From NCBI GenBank assembly GCA_045635565.1, contig JAZTVX010000065.1:1-55401 (forward strand): 55,401 nucleotides of DNA, read 5' to 3'. Shown piece after piece: positions 10,502 through 19,943 of the stretch. This stretch comes from Alphaproteobacteria bacterium. Its GTDB lineage: Bacteria > Pseudomonadota > Alphaproteobacteria > CAAHEQ01 > UBA3637. The position numbers were made by a program, and so were the translations under genes. The notes below the pieces were generated by a model. The model had not been told where the DNA came from and did no database searches. It worked only from the letters and a program-made list of their open reading frames with translations. Within the stretch, counting starts at the first letter, position 1. Each line of letters starts with the position of its first letter.

Positions 10502-11209
10502 TTAATGTTGTAATTTTTTAGCATTTAGTACTGCTTGCCGAGTAACTGAAAGAGTATCTTTTGACGTATCCTCTTGTGCCATATTTTTACCATCTTCTGC
10601 AAATTTTGAAGGTCGATTTATTAACTCTCCTGAGTTATTAGCTTCTTTCAAAATTCCTGTTCTGACCAATTCCAAGATTGTTTCCAAAGCAGTACCTGCA
10701 TTTCTAACCCCTTTAACAAAGGTATCATCATTTAATTTTGCTCTAAATTGTTCTAAATTTGAAATTATAAATACTTTGGCCGGTGTTCGTTCTAAAATGT
10801 CCTTATTGTTACCTACCCTAACGGAAATAGGTTTTATCACATCATGAGATACCCACTCACCACTAAAAACACCCTTCTCCGAAACAATAGGAGTAAAATT
10901 TTCCGATGATACAATGTGTTCATAATATGTATCCTTCATTTTCTCAAAAATAAAAATCCGATTCACTATTCCGTTAGAATCATGATAAGGAATAGAATAA
11001 TTTATCATTCCTTGCCGTTCATTGCAACGCAAAGCATAAAAATCACTATCTGAACTGGTTGCACAAACAATATCACCCATCTGTTGATGATGTTTATCAA
11101 CATTCGGATGCGGAACAATTTCTGACAATTCCCTCCATGAGGTATGTGTTAAAGTCGGATATTTTTTTCTTAAAAAAGCAATTCTTTCTTCCCCTGTTAA
11201 CAGTGGCAT
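10502..11209 (-). CDS. Hypothetical protein
   Basis: 235-aa ORF with a strong RBS (AAGGAGGT); no family recognised. Confidence 0.8.
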   Translation of the reverse strand: MPLLTGEERIAFLRKKYPTLTHTSWRELSEIVPHPNVDKHHQQMGDIVCATSSDSDFYALRCNERQGMINYSIPYHDSNGIVNRIFIFEKMKDTYYEHIVSSENFTPIVSEKGVFSGEWVSHDVIKPISVRVGNNKDILERTPAKVFIISNLEQFRAKLNDDTFVKGVRNAGTALETILELVRTGILKEANNSGELINRPSKFAEDGKNMAQEDTSKDTLSVTRQAVLNAKKLQH

Positions 11210-11393
11210 ATTACCTCCTTTTCCCTGAATGATAACAAAATTTTTGATGAATTACAACTTTTTTTTGAACTTTTTTGCAACAAAACGCTTCTTATTTTCA
11301 AAATCCGTTTGTAACAAAATTCACTTTTTATATATTGATTTCTAAAAGTTATTTTTTTACACATCATCCCTTCATCATTTTTTTAAATTTAAC

Positions 11394-11421
11394 TTGACAA
11401 AACAATATTTTGGGATACAAT
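11394..11421 (+). promoter_or_regulatory. Putative sigma70 promoter
   Basis: TTGACA, 16 bp, TACAAT, about 40 bp before the ATG at 11463. Confidence 0.55.
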
Positions 11422-11462
11422 ATAAATATTGTACAAAAACATAAACATAAAAAGAAGGTCAT

Positions 11463-12617
11463 ATGAAATTAAAAAAAGAACTGCTTTTAACAACTGCGTT
11501 AAGTCCGATTTTGTTTTCTGCCTGTGATTCAGGGATACAGTATTTAGCAACAGCCAATTCCTTTATTCCGGCCGAAGACGCATACATTGTAAAAAAATCC
11601 GAAATGGAAGGTTCAATTGATGATTTATCAGTAACGCAATCTCGCAAAAAACAATTAAGGCAGATACTACACTCCTTCGGCAACACCACACACGGACACC
11701 ATATTATTACAGGAGCCCAACAGCATACACAATTTACAGTTGCCAATAATATTCCGGGTGTTGCGGCTTACTCAATGGTTACAAACAAAGTAATTATTAA
11801 AAACGATAGCCAAGCAGAACGCATGTCAGACAATGATTGGTACTGTTCCGTTTCTCATGAATTATTACACAGCTATCAACGTAATCACGCCTTAGGTTTA
11901 TTACAGGGCGTTTCTCCACAACAATACATGTTTATTATTAAATTATACGAAGCCGAGGCACATGCTTTGGAAAAATTCAGTGATAATTTATGGAGTGCCG
12001 GTAGAAGCATTAAACAAATGATGGCATCGGATTCAGGTGATTTGTTATGGGCTTCATTTTATGAACCAGCGTTAATGGCAGATTTAAGAAGTGTTGCTCA
12101 AAAAGGTGTATTAACAACCCATGGAAATCCCATGGCCATTCAACATACACTTGATTATTTTGAACGAGTATATGGTATCACTTTTAATAATGCAGATATT
12201 GAAAGAGGGGGTATTTCTTCTTCCCGTCTTGATGAGTTTAATTCTTTATGTCAACAAATAGCATCAAGTGGTGTATTGGAAAAAGGTAATCAGGCATTTG
12301 CTGCCAAACAACAAATGGCAAACAAATTTGAACAATATGTAGCACATGCTCCATCAATCCAATCCATCATCAATTACTTCTATAATTTTAGTGGTATCAA
12401 ACCAACCCACGTAACAGAAGCACAAATTTTATTGGATTCAGATAACCCATATGCTTTGGCAGCCCTAAAAACTCTTGTTTCAAACGGACAGATTAAGGGC
12501 AATTTAAACACATTAAAAACAAAAACAGAATTAAAAGAAGTTGAATTAAGTTTAGTAAAACAAAGCGTTTTAGAAGCATGGCAATTAAAACGTATTCAAA
12601 CACAGCATACAAAATAA
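11463..12617 (+). CDS. Putative lipoprotein zincin-like metallopeptidase
   Basis: Lipobox-like FSAC; HELLH (HExxH) followed about 25 aa later by EAEAH (gluzincin-like third ligand). Confidence 0.65.
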   Translation: MKLKKELLLTTALSPILFSACDSGIQYLATANSFIPAEDAYIVKKSEMEGSIDDLSVTQSRKKQLRQILHSFGNTTHGHHIITGAQQHTQFTVANNIPGVAAYSMVTNKVIIKNDSQAERMSDNDWYCSVSHELLHSYQRNHALGLLQGVSPQQYMFIIKLYEAEAHALEKFSDNLWSAGRSIKQMMASDSGDLLWASFYEPALMADLRSVAQKGVLTTHGNPMAIQHTLDYFERVYGITFNNADIERGGISSSRLDEFNSLCQQIASSGVLEKGNQAFAAKQQMANKFEQYVAHAPSIQSIINYFYNFSGIKPTHVTEAQILLDSDNPYALAALKTLVSNGQIKGNLNTLKTKTELKEVELSLVKQSVLEAWQLKRIQTQHTK

Positions 12618-12869
12618 ACAATCGTTATTTACAGTATTAAGCCGATAAAACAAATATTTTATCGGCTTTTTGTAATCAAAAAATCACCGGCTAGAGCGGT
12701 AGATTACCTTTTTTAATCTACCATATATATAAAACGTTTTACAATAATAATCATTATACTATTAAAGTATTATTGATATTTTATTTATCCTAAAAACATT
12801 TAACTAAAACAATCAGTATTAAGGCGATAAAATAGGCATTTTATCGCCTTAAAATCACAAATTATCACC
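12617..12869. repeat. Two diverged direct-repeat units, each containing a hairpin
   Basis: CAGTATTAAG(C/G)CGATAAAA...TTTTATCG(G/C)CTT...ATCACC at about 12632-12688 and 12814-12869. Stems lie at 12639-12668 and 12819-12852. Confidence 0.85.
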
Positions 12870-13010
12870 ATCCAATTCTGAAGAAATAACTTCCTCAACA
12901 AATTCATTTACAATCCAATTCTGTCTTTTACAATAAGTTTCTATCTCAAACCTTTGATTAGCACAATTTTGCTGTTCCGTACTAACTCTGATATATCCAA
13001 TTATTTTCAT
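12855..13010 (-). pseudogene. Truncated serine recombinase (resolvase/invertase family), N-terminal 51 aa only
   Basis: RBS AGGAG, then MKIIGYIRVSTEQQNCANQRFEIETYCKRQNWIVNEFVEEVISSELDGDNL*. The YxRVST catalytic motif is present; the rest of the catalytic domain and the HTH are absent. It falls below the ORF-track length cutoff. Confidence 0.88.
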
Positions 13011-13111
13011 CAATAAACTCCTTAATATGTATATTTATTTAGAAGTTAATTATATAAAATAATGGGGTATTATCTCTCTTTTTTGATTTATGTTATAAGA
13101 ACATTTCTCAA

Positions 13112-13150
13112 ATCAAAAAAAGCACTTTTAAAAAAGTGCTTTTTTTTGAT
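13112..13150. terminator. Hairpin terminator downstream of the 13172..13843 gene
   Basis: ATCAAAAAAAGCACTTTT-aa-AAAAGTGCTTTTTTTTGAT dyad with A/T tails on both sides. Confidence 0.8.
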
Positions 13151-13171
13151 AATAAATTGAAATATAAGTTA

Positions 13172-13843
13172 TTATCTATTTATAGTGTGTCTTAACGGCG
13201 AAACCGATACTTCATCAACATCACATAAATTGACAGGTTCTCCCAAATTTCTTTTCGAAGGAGTTGATGTGCTTGAACTTTTTTGATCCTGATGATGCTG
13301 TTGAAGACGTTCAAAAGCTTCTTTATTTTTCGAAAAATATTCATGACAATCTTGCTGAAATTCTTTATTGCCTGATTTGAACCCATCTTCTAACACAGCT
13401 AAAATAACTTCCAGATCTTTTTCTTCACGACTATTTCCAGATAGCATCAGCAGGGCAGATAGATAACTTTTATTCCACTCCGGAGATTGACCAGTTATAT
13501 CTAAACCATGTTCTTTTAACCATTCATAACCGGCTTTATTCCCAGGCCGTATATTTTGAACATCACATTGAAGACGACCGGACTTCCATTCTTTATCTAA
13601 AATTTCAATTGCTTTCGGTGAACCATGCCACAACAAATTTTGCACTTTTTCTGCATCAGTATAACCATCATTTTCCAAAATGAGAGCCGGATTTTGATTT
13701 TCTTTCCATTTTGTTGTTGCAGCATCCATAAGTATTTTAGCAACTCTTTCACCCTCTGTTTGCGGTTCACGCTCAACAAATTCTGCTGTTTCTTTTAGTG
13801 TCGCATTACCATTTGGCATACTTTCTGTTTTCTTTGAACTCAT
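13172..13843 (-). CDS. Hypothetical protein
   Basis: 223-aa ORF, RBS AAGGAG, helical and charged with a Ser/Thr-rich tail; no family recognised. Confidence 0.8.
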   Translation of the reverse strand: MSSKKTESMPNGNATLKETAEFVEREPQTEGERVAKILMDAATTKWKENQNPALILENDGYTDAEKVQNLLWHGSPKAIEILDKEWKSGRLQCDVQNIRPGNKAGYEWLKEHGLDITGQSPEWNKSYLSALLMLSGNSREEKDLEVILAVLEDGFKSGNKEFQQDCHEYFSKNKEAFERLQQHHQDQKSSSTSTPSKRNLGEPVNLCDVDEVSVSPLRHTINR

Positions 13844-14221
13844 GTTGTACTCCTTTTATTATACTTTCAAAATGTAACATTGTTAGTTTAACATAATCTT
13901 ACAAAAAAACAAGTTTTTTTTCATATACGAATAAATTTATTACAATTGATTTTATTTGAAAACAAGACTAAATTTTATTTTTCCAAATGAGAGCCTGATG
14001 AAGAAAACACTTATTCTCTCATTGCTACTTCAACATCAACCAGTGCATATTTTTTCTTATTTCAAGCACTCGTCTTTTCTTCCTATCACTGTTATTTTAG
14101 AAGACTGTAGTATAATACGCCATTTTTCTTAAAAGCAGTAAAAAACTTATCATCTTTGTCTTGATTTAACTTCTCATACTGATGTATAATAAACCAACTT
14201 TCTTTTAAACCGGTAAATGGC

Positions 14222-14807
14222 ATGCTTGAACATATTCTTTTTCGCTTAAGACAAAAAATTAAAAAGATACTATTTGTTTTTGTATTTACAACATTCTGTA
14301 TTTTAGGATACACATCAACTGAATATATTTTCAAATTAAAACATCCTGTTGTCATTGCTTTTTCCGTTGACAATAATTATGCTTTATTTATACCTATAAC
14401 TATTAAATCCATTGAAAAACACAGTAACCCGAACCGTATTTCCAAAATTGTCATTTTAGGAAATAAAATATCACATAAAAACACACAAGCCATTTTAGCT
14501 TTATAATCTAAAAGCATTAAAACTTGCCAAAAAAGAAAATTTTATATTTTTAGATCAAGATGTTCTTAATTCTATGTTTTCAGAAGATGTCGTCTATATC
14601 TCGGACAGTTGGAATACAGAAATATTTATCCTGCTTCAAAAACCACAACTCAGATCACCCAAATTGATTCATTTCACTGCTAATTATAAACCATGGAATG
14701 AAAGCAAACCCCATCAAAATTCTTTTCCATATAGTGACTTATTTTGGGAATACGCCCGTCAAACGGATTCTTATACAGAGATTGTCAATCTGATGTCTCA
14801 AAAATAA
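14222..14807 (+). pseudogene. Glycosyltransferase family 8 pseudogene (internal deletion plus frameshift)
   Basis: The first frame gives a TM segment and IAFSVDNNYA..TIKSI (GT8 N-terminus) and stops at 14506. A different frame carries FLDQDVLNSMF..WN..LIHFTANYKPW (GT8 C-terminus). The central DxD region is missing. Confidence 0.85.
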
Positions 14808-14968
14808 AGTGCATTTAACCGCATGATTGTTTCATTCCAACCTTTTGTGTTATTGATGACAACATCGCATTTATTGAATATAAAAACACAATTATTATCT
14901 ATTTCTATGATACGGATATATACTGACACTCATTAAACATATATTATTCTCACGAAACAGAGATTTTT

Positions 14969-16006
14969 TCACTCTGTCATATGATACAAAATGATTTGAG
15001 CAACGTTTTTATAATGATTAGGGTGACTTTCCGGCTCTGCCATAAAACCTCTAATACAATCCAAATAATCATTATATGTATCATCCGACATATTAACCAA
15101 AAAATCATATAGTTCTTCATGCGATTGAAATGCATGAAAATCGATAAAGCATGACTGTGGCACATACTCTGTAATATTGGGGGCGCCGGAATAAATAGGA
15201 ACTGAACCGGCTGCCATAACATCATATATCTTTTCTGTTACATAATCGTCAAATCTAAAATTCTCATATGCCAAAACAAATTTAGATTTTGAAATTTCTG
15301 CAATTTTATCAGGGATATATCCACCGTATTGTGTTTTAAATTTTTCTTGTTCAGAAACAGACAGGTATTTTAAAACACCCTGCCAATCATGTCCGAAAAA
15401 GCGAATATCCTCCGGATGATTTTTCAAAAACCATACAATACTGGTTTGACGCAACTTGTAGTGATGTAATTCACTGTATTTGCCCACTAAAGAAACAAGA
15501 TATTCTTTCGATTTTAAATCATAATTTTTTAATACACGTCTATAATCATATGAAAGCGGAACATGTATAATGTTTTTTCCGTTTGCTGATGCTTTATGAT
15601 ACGTAAAAATTTTATTAAAATGTTCTTTCTCTGCTTTTGACGGAGGAACAGCAATTGAAATCGGACTTTCCATCTGCCACAGATATGATTGTTCCTTCAT
15701 ACATACATCAGGTAATCTGTATCTTTTCCATATCACAATATTCAAATCATGTTCATTGACACATCTCTCTTGATATCTAGGGGCACGCCCCACAACCTCA
15801 TATGTCCCATGTCCGATATAATCTAAACCATTTAATAATTCTCGAAATAAAAAACTAGTTTTTAAAATCTGATTATCCCAAACAGTAATGTATGCTTTCG
15901 GTTGCATTTTAGACGATTGAGTAAATATACATTGAAATATCAGCAAGAAACCCAATAAAAAAAATGTATAAACAACTAATCCGACAATAACATACTTTAA
16001 TTTCAT
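14969..16006 (-). CDS. Glycosyltransferase family 10 (alpha-1,3/4-fucosyltransferase-like) with N-terminal TM anchor
   Basis: KFVLAYENFRFDDYVTEKIYDVMAAGSVPIYSGAPNI is the GT10 motif; MESP motif also present. Start chosen at ATG 16006 (RBS AAGGA). Confidence 0.9.
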   Translation of the reverse strand: MKLKYVIVGLVVYTFFLLGFLLIFQCIFTQSSKMQPKAYITVWDNQILKTSFLFRELLNGLDYIGHGTYEVVGRAPRYQERCVNEHDLNIVIWKRYRLPDVCMKEQSYLWQMESPISIAVPPSKAEKEHFNKIFTYHKASANGKNIIHVPLSYDYRRVLKNYDLKSKEYLVSLVGKYSELHHYKLRQTSIVWFLKNHPEDIRFFGHDWQGVLKYLSVSEQEKFKTQYGGYIPDKIAEISKSKFVLAYENFRFDDYVTEKIYDVMAAGSVPIYSGAPNITEYVPQSCFIDFHAFQSHEELYDFLVNMSDDTYNDYLDCIRGFMAEPESHPNHYKNVAQIILYHMTE

Positions 16007-16131
16007 ATCGCTATCCTTTAACATCGAAAAACGTACCATATCCGTATATGATTTGTCAATAATCTTATTGTTCAACAATCATCAAAGATACATGTTCTTG
16101 AAAATTCAAATTAACGACCTATTTTAAATAC

Positions 16132-16986
16132 ATGAAAAAATATATCGTTTTAATCGTTTTTCTTTTAAACAACTTTGCATTTGCTCAACCTCTCAGCGAA
16201 TGTATTCCATACGATATACTATACGGGAACGAATTGATTTTTGACCTAAATCAAGAACCGATTTTAAAAACACTTAAACAAGATTTGGCACAGTCAAATT
16301 TACTGGGAAATATACCTTCTTTTTCTCTTTTCAAACAAAGTTTTAATCAAGTTTTTTATCCCAACGGACGAATCAAGGTTTCTTTTGGTTCTACACCAAA
16401 CATCAATCAGGGAACACAATTTGTTTTTTACGAAAATGGCAATATCTTTACATCAATTCCCTATGCTAGTTCAGTTAGAAACGGTCTTCAAAAAATCTAT
16501 TATCCAAATGGTGTCACAATGGCTGAAATACCTTATTCATCGGATAAAATTGACGGTGAATTAAAAACATATTACCCGAATACAAATATAAAAATGAAAC
16601 AATCATTTTCAAATGGCGTTCCCGTTAATACTGGTCAAATGTTTCACCAAAACGGGAACTTGCAACTATCGCAAGCATATTTAAACGGCTTTGCCGACGG
16701 AATACAAACACAATATTATCACGATGGTATGACAATTCAATCAGTCATTCCGTATCAAGAAGGCATTATAAATGGAACAGCCTATTTTTATTATCCAAAC
16801 ACAACATTATTGGCAAAAGTAACTTACAATAATGGCTCTGTAATTGAAAACACATGTTATACGCAGTTGGGACAAATATCTCAATTAAACCAAATTGATT
16901 TATACAAAATCAAAAATGGTATTCGCCCTATCGAATGCCATTATCAAAATGAAAATATCGTCAATAACGTAGATACATTCCCATAA
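16132..16986 (+). CDS. Exported MORN-variant repeat (YwqK-like) protein
   Basis: Signal peptide ending AFA; repeated G..k.YYPNG....eipY..g units. Confidence 0.85.
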   Translation: MKKYIVLIVFLLNNFAFAQPLSECIPYDILYGNELIFDLNQEPILKTLKQDLAQSNLLGNIPSFSLFKQSFNQVFYPNGRIKVSFGSTPNINQGTQFVFYENGNIFTSIPYASSVRNGLQKIYYPNGVTMAEIPYSSDKIDGELKTYYPNTNIKMKQSFSNGVPVNTGQMFHQNGNLQLSQAYLNGFADGIQTQYYHDGMTIQSVIPYQEGIINGTAYFYYPNTTLLAKVTYNNGSVIENTCYTQLGQISQLNQIDLYKIKNGIRPIECHYQNENIVNNVDTFP

Positions 16987-17044
16987 CAAAATCTATTGAC
17001 AATTATACCGTAATATTTTATCCTTTCTGGAAGAAGGGATTAAA

Positions 17045-17824
17045 ATGGTTAAAGGTGCTATCTGTTTTGTATTAAGTGTCAGTTTATTATCATCTGTTTT
17101 TGCATATGCTCAAAATGTCCAAATTACCTCTTTCTCAAAGGCAAAACAATTCTTACTCAAAGATGTTTACACCGATTATTTTAAAACGGTTTATTGTGAT
17201 GCAACCTATCACCCCAAAAACAAAAAAATTTTAACGTATCCTTTGTTTTTTGATAGAACAATTATGCAGAATCGTTCTGACCGTATTGAATATGAACATA
17301 TTGTGCCGGCAGAAAATTTTGGCAGCATGTTATCCGAATGGACAAACGGTCATGATTTATGCAAGACCAAAGGGAAACCGTACAAAGGTCGCCGATGTGC
17401 CGAAAAAACAAATCGTTCATTTAAATTGATGCAGGCTGACATGTACAACCTTTATCCGGCTATCGGCTCTGTAAATGGAGTTCGTTCTAACAAACAATTT
17501 GTACAATTACCCCGATTTGTACCGTCATCTTTCGGCACATGTCATTTTAAAATTTCCGATGATAAAGCCGAACCTCCCAATCGTTCAAAAGGTATTGTAG
17601 CAAGAACACATTTATATTTTGATGAGGTATATTTCCCTCAATTTAAGTTAAGCAACAAACAAACATTGCTTATGATAGAATGGCACCTCAAATATCCGGT
17701 AACACAATGGGAATGTATCAGAACTTATCGTATTGAACAAATCCAAAAATCAGAAAATTTAATTACTAAGCAAGCCTGTCAAAAAGCAAATCTATGGCCA
17801 AAGGAAAACAAACAACCCAAATAA
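17045..17824 (+). CDS. Periplasmic endonuclease I (EndA/Dns family)
   Basis: Signal peptide; RIEYEHIVPAENFG, GRRCA and ADMYNLYPAIGSVNGVRSN motifs. Confidence 0.93.
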   Translation: MVKGAICFVLSVSLLSSVFAYAQNVQITSFSKAKQFLLKDVYTDYFKTVYCDATYHPKNKKILTYPLFFDRTIMQNRSDRIEYEHIVPAENFGSMLSEWTNGHDLCKTKGKPYKGRRCAEKTNRSFKLMQADMYNLYPAIGSVNGVRSNKQFVQLPRFVPSSFGTCHFKISDDKAEPPNRSKGIVARTHLYFDEVYFPQFKLSNKQTLLMIEWHLKYPVTQWECIRTYRIEQIQKSENLITKQACQKANLWPKENKQPK

Positions 17825-17851
17825 ATTTACAACGCAATAAAAGAGGATAAC

Positions 17852-18685
17852 ATGTTAAAAATCGGCGCACATCTTTCAGCATCAAAAGGATATACAGCCA
17901 TGATACAGGAAATGGTTGATATGCAAGCAAATACATTCCAATTTTTCACACGCAATCCTCGGGGTGGAAAAGCCAAAGAATTAGATATGAATGATATTCA
18001 AAATTTCTTGTCAGCTATGCCAACGCATCAGGTAGAATCTGTTTTAGCACATGCTTCTTATACCATCAATCCATGTTCCAAAGATCCTCAAACGCGTGAA
18101 TTTGCATTAAATACTATTATAGATGATTTAAAACGACTAGCATACACACCCAACCAATTTTACAACATGCATCCTGGTTCACATGTCGGGCAAGGTATTG
18201 AAACAGGCATTCAATATATCGCTGATACGTTAAATCAGGTCCTTTCACCTGATATGAAAACGAATTTTTTGCTGGAAACCATGTCCGGCAAAGGAAGTGA
18301 AATCGGTTCTTCTTTTAGTGAATTGAAAGAAATCATCAAACGATGCAAATACGGTCATTTAGTCGGTGTTTGTTTAGATACCTGCCATGTTTATTCAGCA
18401 GGTTACGATATCGTCAATCGATTAGATGATGTACTGGAAGAATTTGATCGCATTTTAGGATTACATCGACTCAAAATGATTCATTTGAACGATAGTATGC
18501 TCCCGTTTAACTGCAAAAATGACCGCCATGCCCGTATCGGTGAAGGAACTATCGGATCCGAAGCATTAGTTCGTTTGGTTAATCACCCCAAATTAAAACA
18601 TTTATCTTTTATTTTAGAAACACCAAATGAATTTGAGGGATACAAACAGGAAATTGCTTTTTTCAGAGCCAACTATTCAAACTAA
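17852..18685 (+). CDS. nfo: Endonuclease IV (AP endonuclease)
   Basis: IGAH, QFFTRNPR, HPGSH, LETMSGKGSE, CLDTCH, HLNDS, DRHARIGEG and ILETP motifs. Confidence 0.97.
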   Translation: MLKIGAHLSASKGYTAMIQEMVDMQANTFQFFTRNPRGGKAKELDMNDIQNFLSAMPTHQVESVLAHASYTINPCSKDPQTREFALNTIIDDLKRLAYTPNQFYNMHPGSHVGQGIETGIQYIADTLNQVLSPDMKTNFLLETMSGKGSEIGSSFSELKEIIKRCKYGHLVGVCLDTCHVYSAGYDIVNRLDDVLEEFDRILGLHRLKMIHLNDSMLPFNCKNDRHARIGEGTIGSEALVRLVNHPKLKHLSFILETPNEFEGYKQEIAFFRANYSN

Positions 18686-19156
18686 AATATAACCGTTTAG
18701 GTATAATGCAAACAAACCCCATAAAAATTGAGGAACCAAAAGTGCCGCTGATACCAAACTGGTTTTATAAAACTCACGAATAGTTAAGAATAAGAAAACC
18801 AGCATCAAAACAATAACAATCAATCCACCAATCACACTATGCAAATAGAAAAACACAAACGGCCACAGCCCTGTACAAATTAACTGAAAGGCAAAATATC
18901 TGGGCGTGGCTTTATCCCAAGCAATAAATGCCGAAATGGCCATCAATAAATATAACAAACTCCATACTATACTGAAAACGGCATCCGGTGGTGTCAAGGG
19001 TGATAATGGTAACGAACGATACCAATTCAATCTGTCAACCGTCACAAAACTACCACCAATCCAACCAACGGCATAAACAAACACTAAAATAAAAAACAAA
19101 CGCCCTGCTCTAATCCATATATTTTCTTTTTGAGATATATTCCTATTTTTTCTCAT
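18677..19156 (-). CDS. TspO/MBR family membrane protein
   Basis: WYRSL..SPLTPPDAVFSIVWSLLY and LLVP..LW..FA..LN motifs. Confidence 0.93.
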   Translation of the reverse strand: MRKNRNISQKENIWIRAGRLFFILVFVYAVGWIGGSFVTVDRLNWYRSLPLSPLTPPDAVFSIVWSLLYLLMAISAFIAWDKATPRYFAFQLICTGLWPFVFFYLHSVIGGLIVIVLMLVFLFLTIREFYKTSLVSAALLVPQFLWGLFALYLNGYILV

Positions 19157-19899
19157 GCTGCATTTCTTTCTATCAATGATTGAATATTATTTTCCAATGG
19201 ATATGTCCGTAAAGAATGATTATCCCCCTTAACTATATGGACACAAACATCTTGTGATTCAAGAGCATCTTTAATTTTAAACGAATTTTCGAAAGGAATA
19301 ATTTCATCTTTATCCCCATGAGCCAAAATAACCGGACCATTATATTGAATCTTACGATTTAATAACAAAAACGGTTCTGCTTCAACAAACATCGGATATG
19401 AAAAACAATGCCCGTGTGTTTCCTCATTCGGTCCGATAACCGCCCCGTTTTTCAATAAGTCACGAATTTTATCATTAAACATATGATGCCAAACCATCGG
19501 TAAAAAATCCACACCGGCAGCACATGTTAAAATACCTTTAACTTGCTGTGGAAATTGTTCTGCTAGTAAAAAAGATATCCATCCCCCCAATGAACTACCA
19601 ACTAAATACAATGGTTCCCGTATATTATGGAAACGAATAACATTCACAACATCTTCTAAACATTGATGTATTCTGAAATCATCTGGCTTTCCTTCCGACT
19701 CGCCATGCCCCGTATAATCAACAGATAAAAAAGAATAATTATTCTGCAAACAAAATTGTCGTATGCGTTTCCCTTTTTCACTGTTTCGTGATGAACGTAA
19801 TCCATGCAAATAAACAATACAAGGCTGATTTTCATATTTTAGATAAGTGTAAGCAATGACATATTTTTTTGAATTTTTAATTTTTTGGGGTTCCATCAT
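19153..19899 (-). CDS. Alpha/beta hydrolase
   Basis: DYTGHGES, GSSLGG nucleophile elbow, HGDKD and a C-terminal His. Confidence 0.93.
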   Translation of the reverse strand: MMEPQKIKNSKKYVIAYTYLKYENQPCIVYLHGLRSSRNSEKGKRIRQFCLQNNYSFLSVDYTGHGESEGKPDDFRIHQCLEDVVNVIRFHNIREPLYLVGSSLGGWISFLLAEQFPQQVKGILTCAAGVDFLPMVWHHMFNDKIRDLLKNGAVIGPNEETHGHCFSYPMFVEAEPFLLLNRKIQYNGPVILAHGDKDEIIPFENSFKIKDALESQDVCVHIVKGDNHSLRTYPLENNIQSLIERNAA

Positions 19900-19943
19900 G
19901 TAATATCCTTGATTTTATATTTGCTTTAAGGTAGGTTATTTTT

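Noticed and set aside
12617-12869. Repeated hairpins as a mini CRISPR array
   Set aside because: Only two diverged units with 182-bp spacing and no cas genes.
14092-14373. 93-aa minus-strand ORF
   Set aside because: Half of it is antisense to the GT8 remnant and it has no recognisable motif. It may be decayed sequence but cannot be supported.
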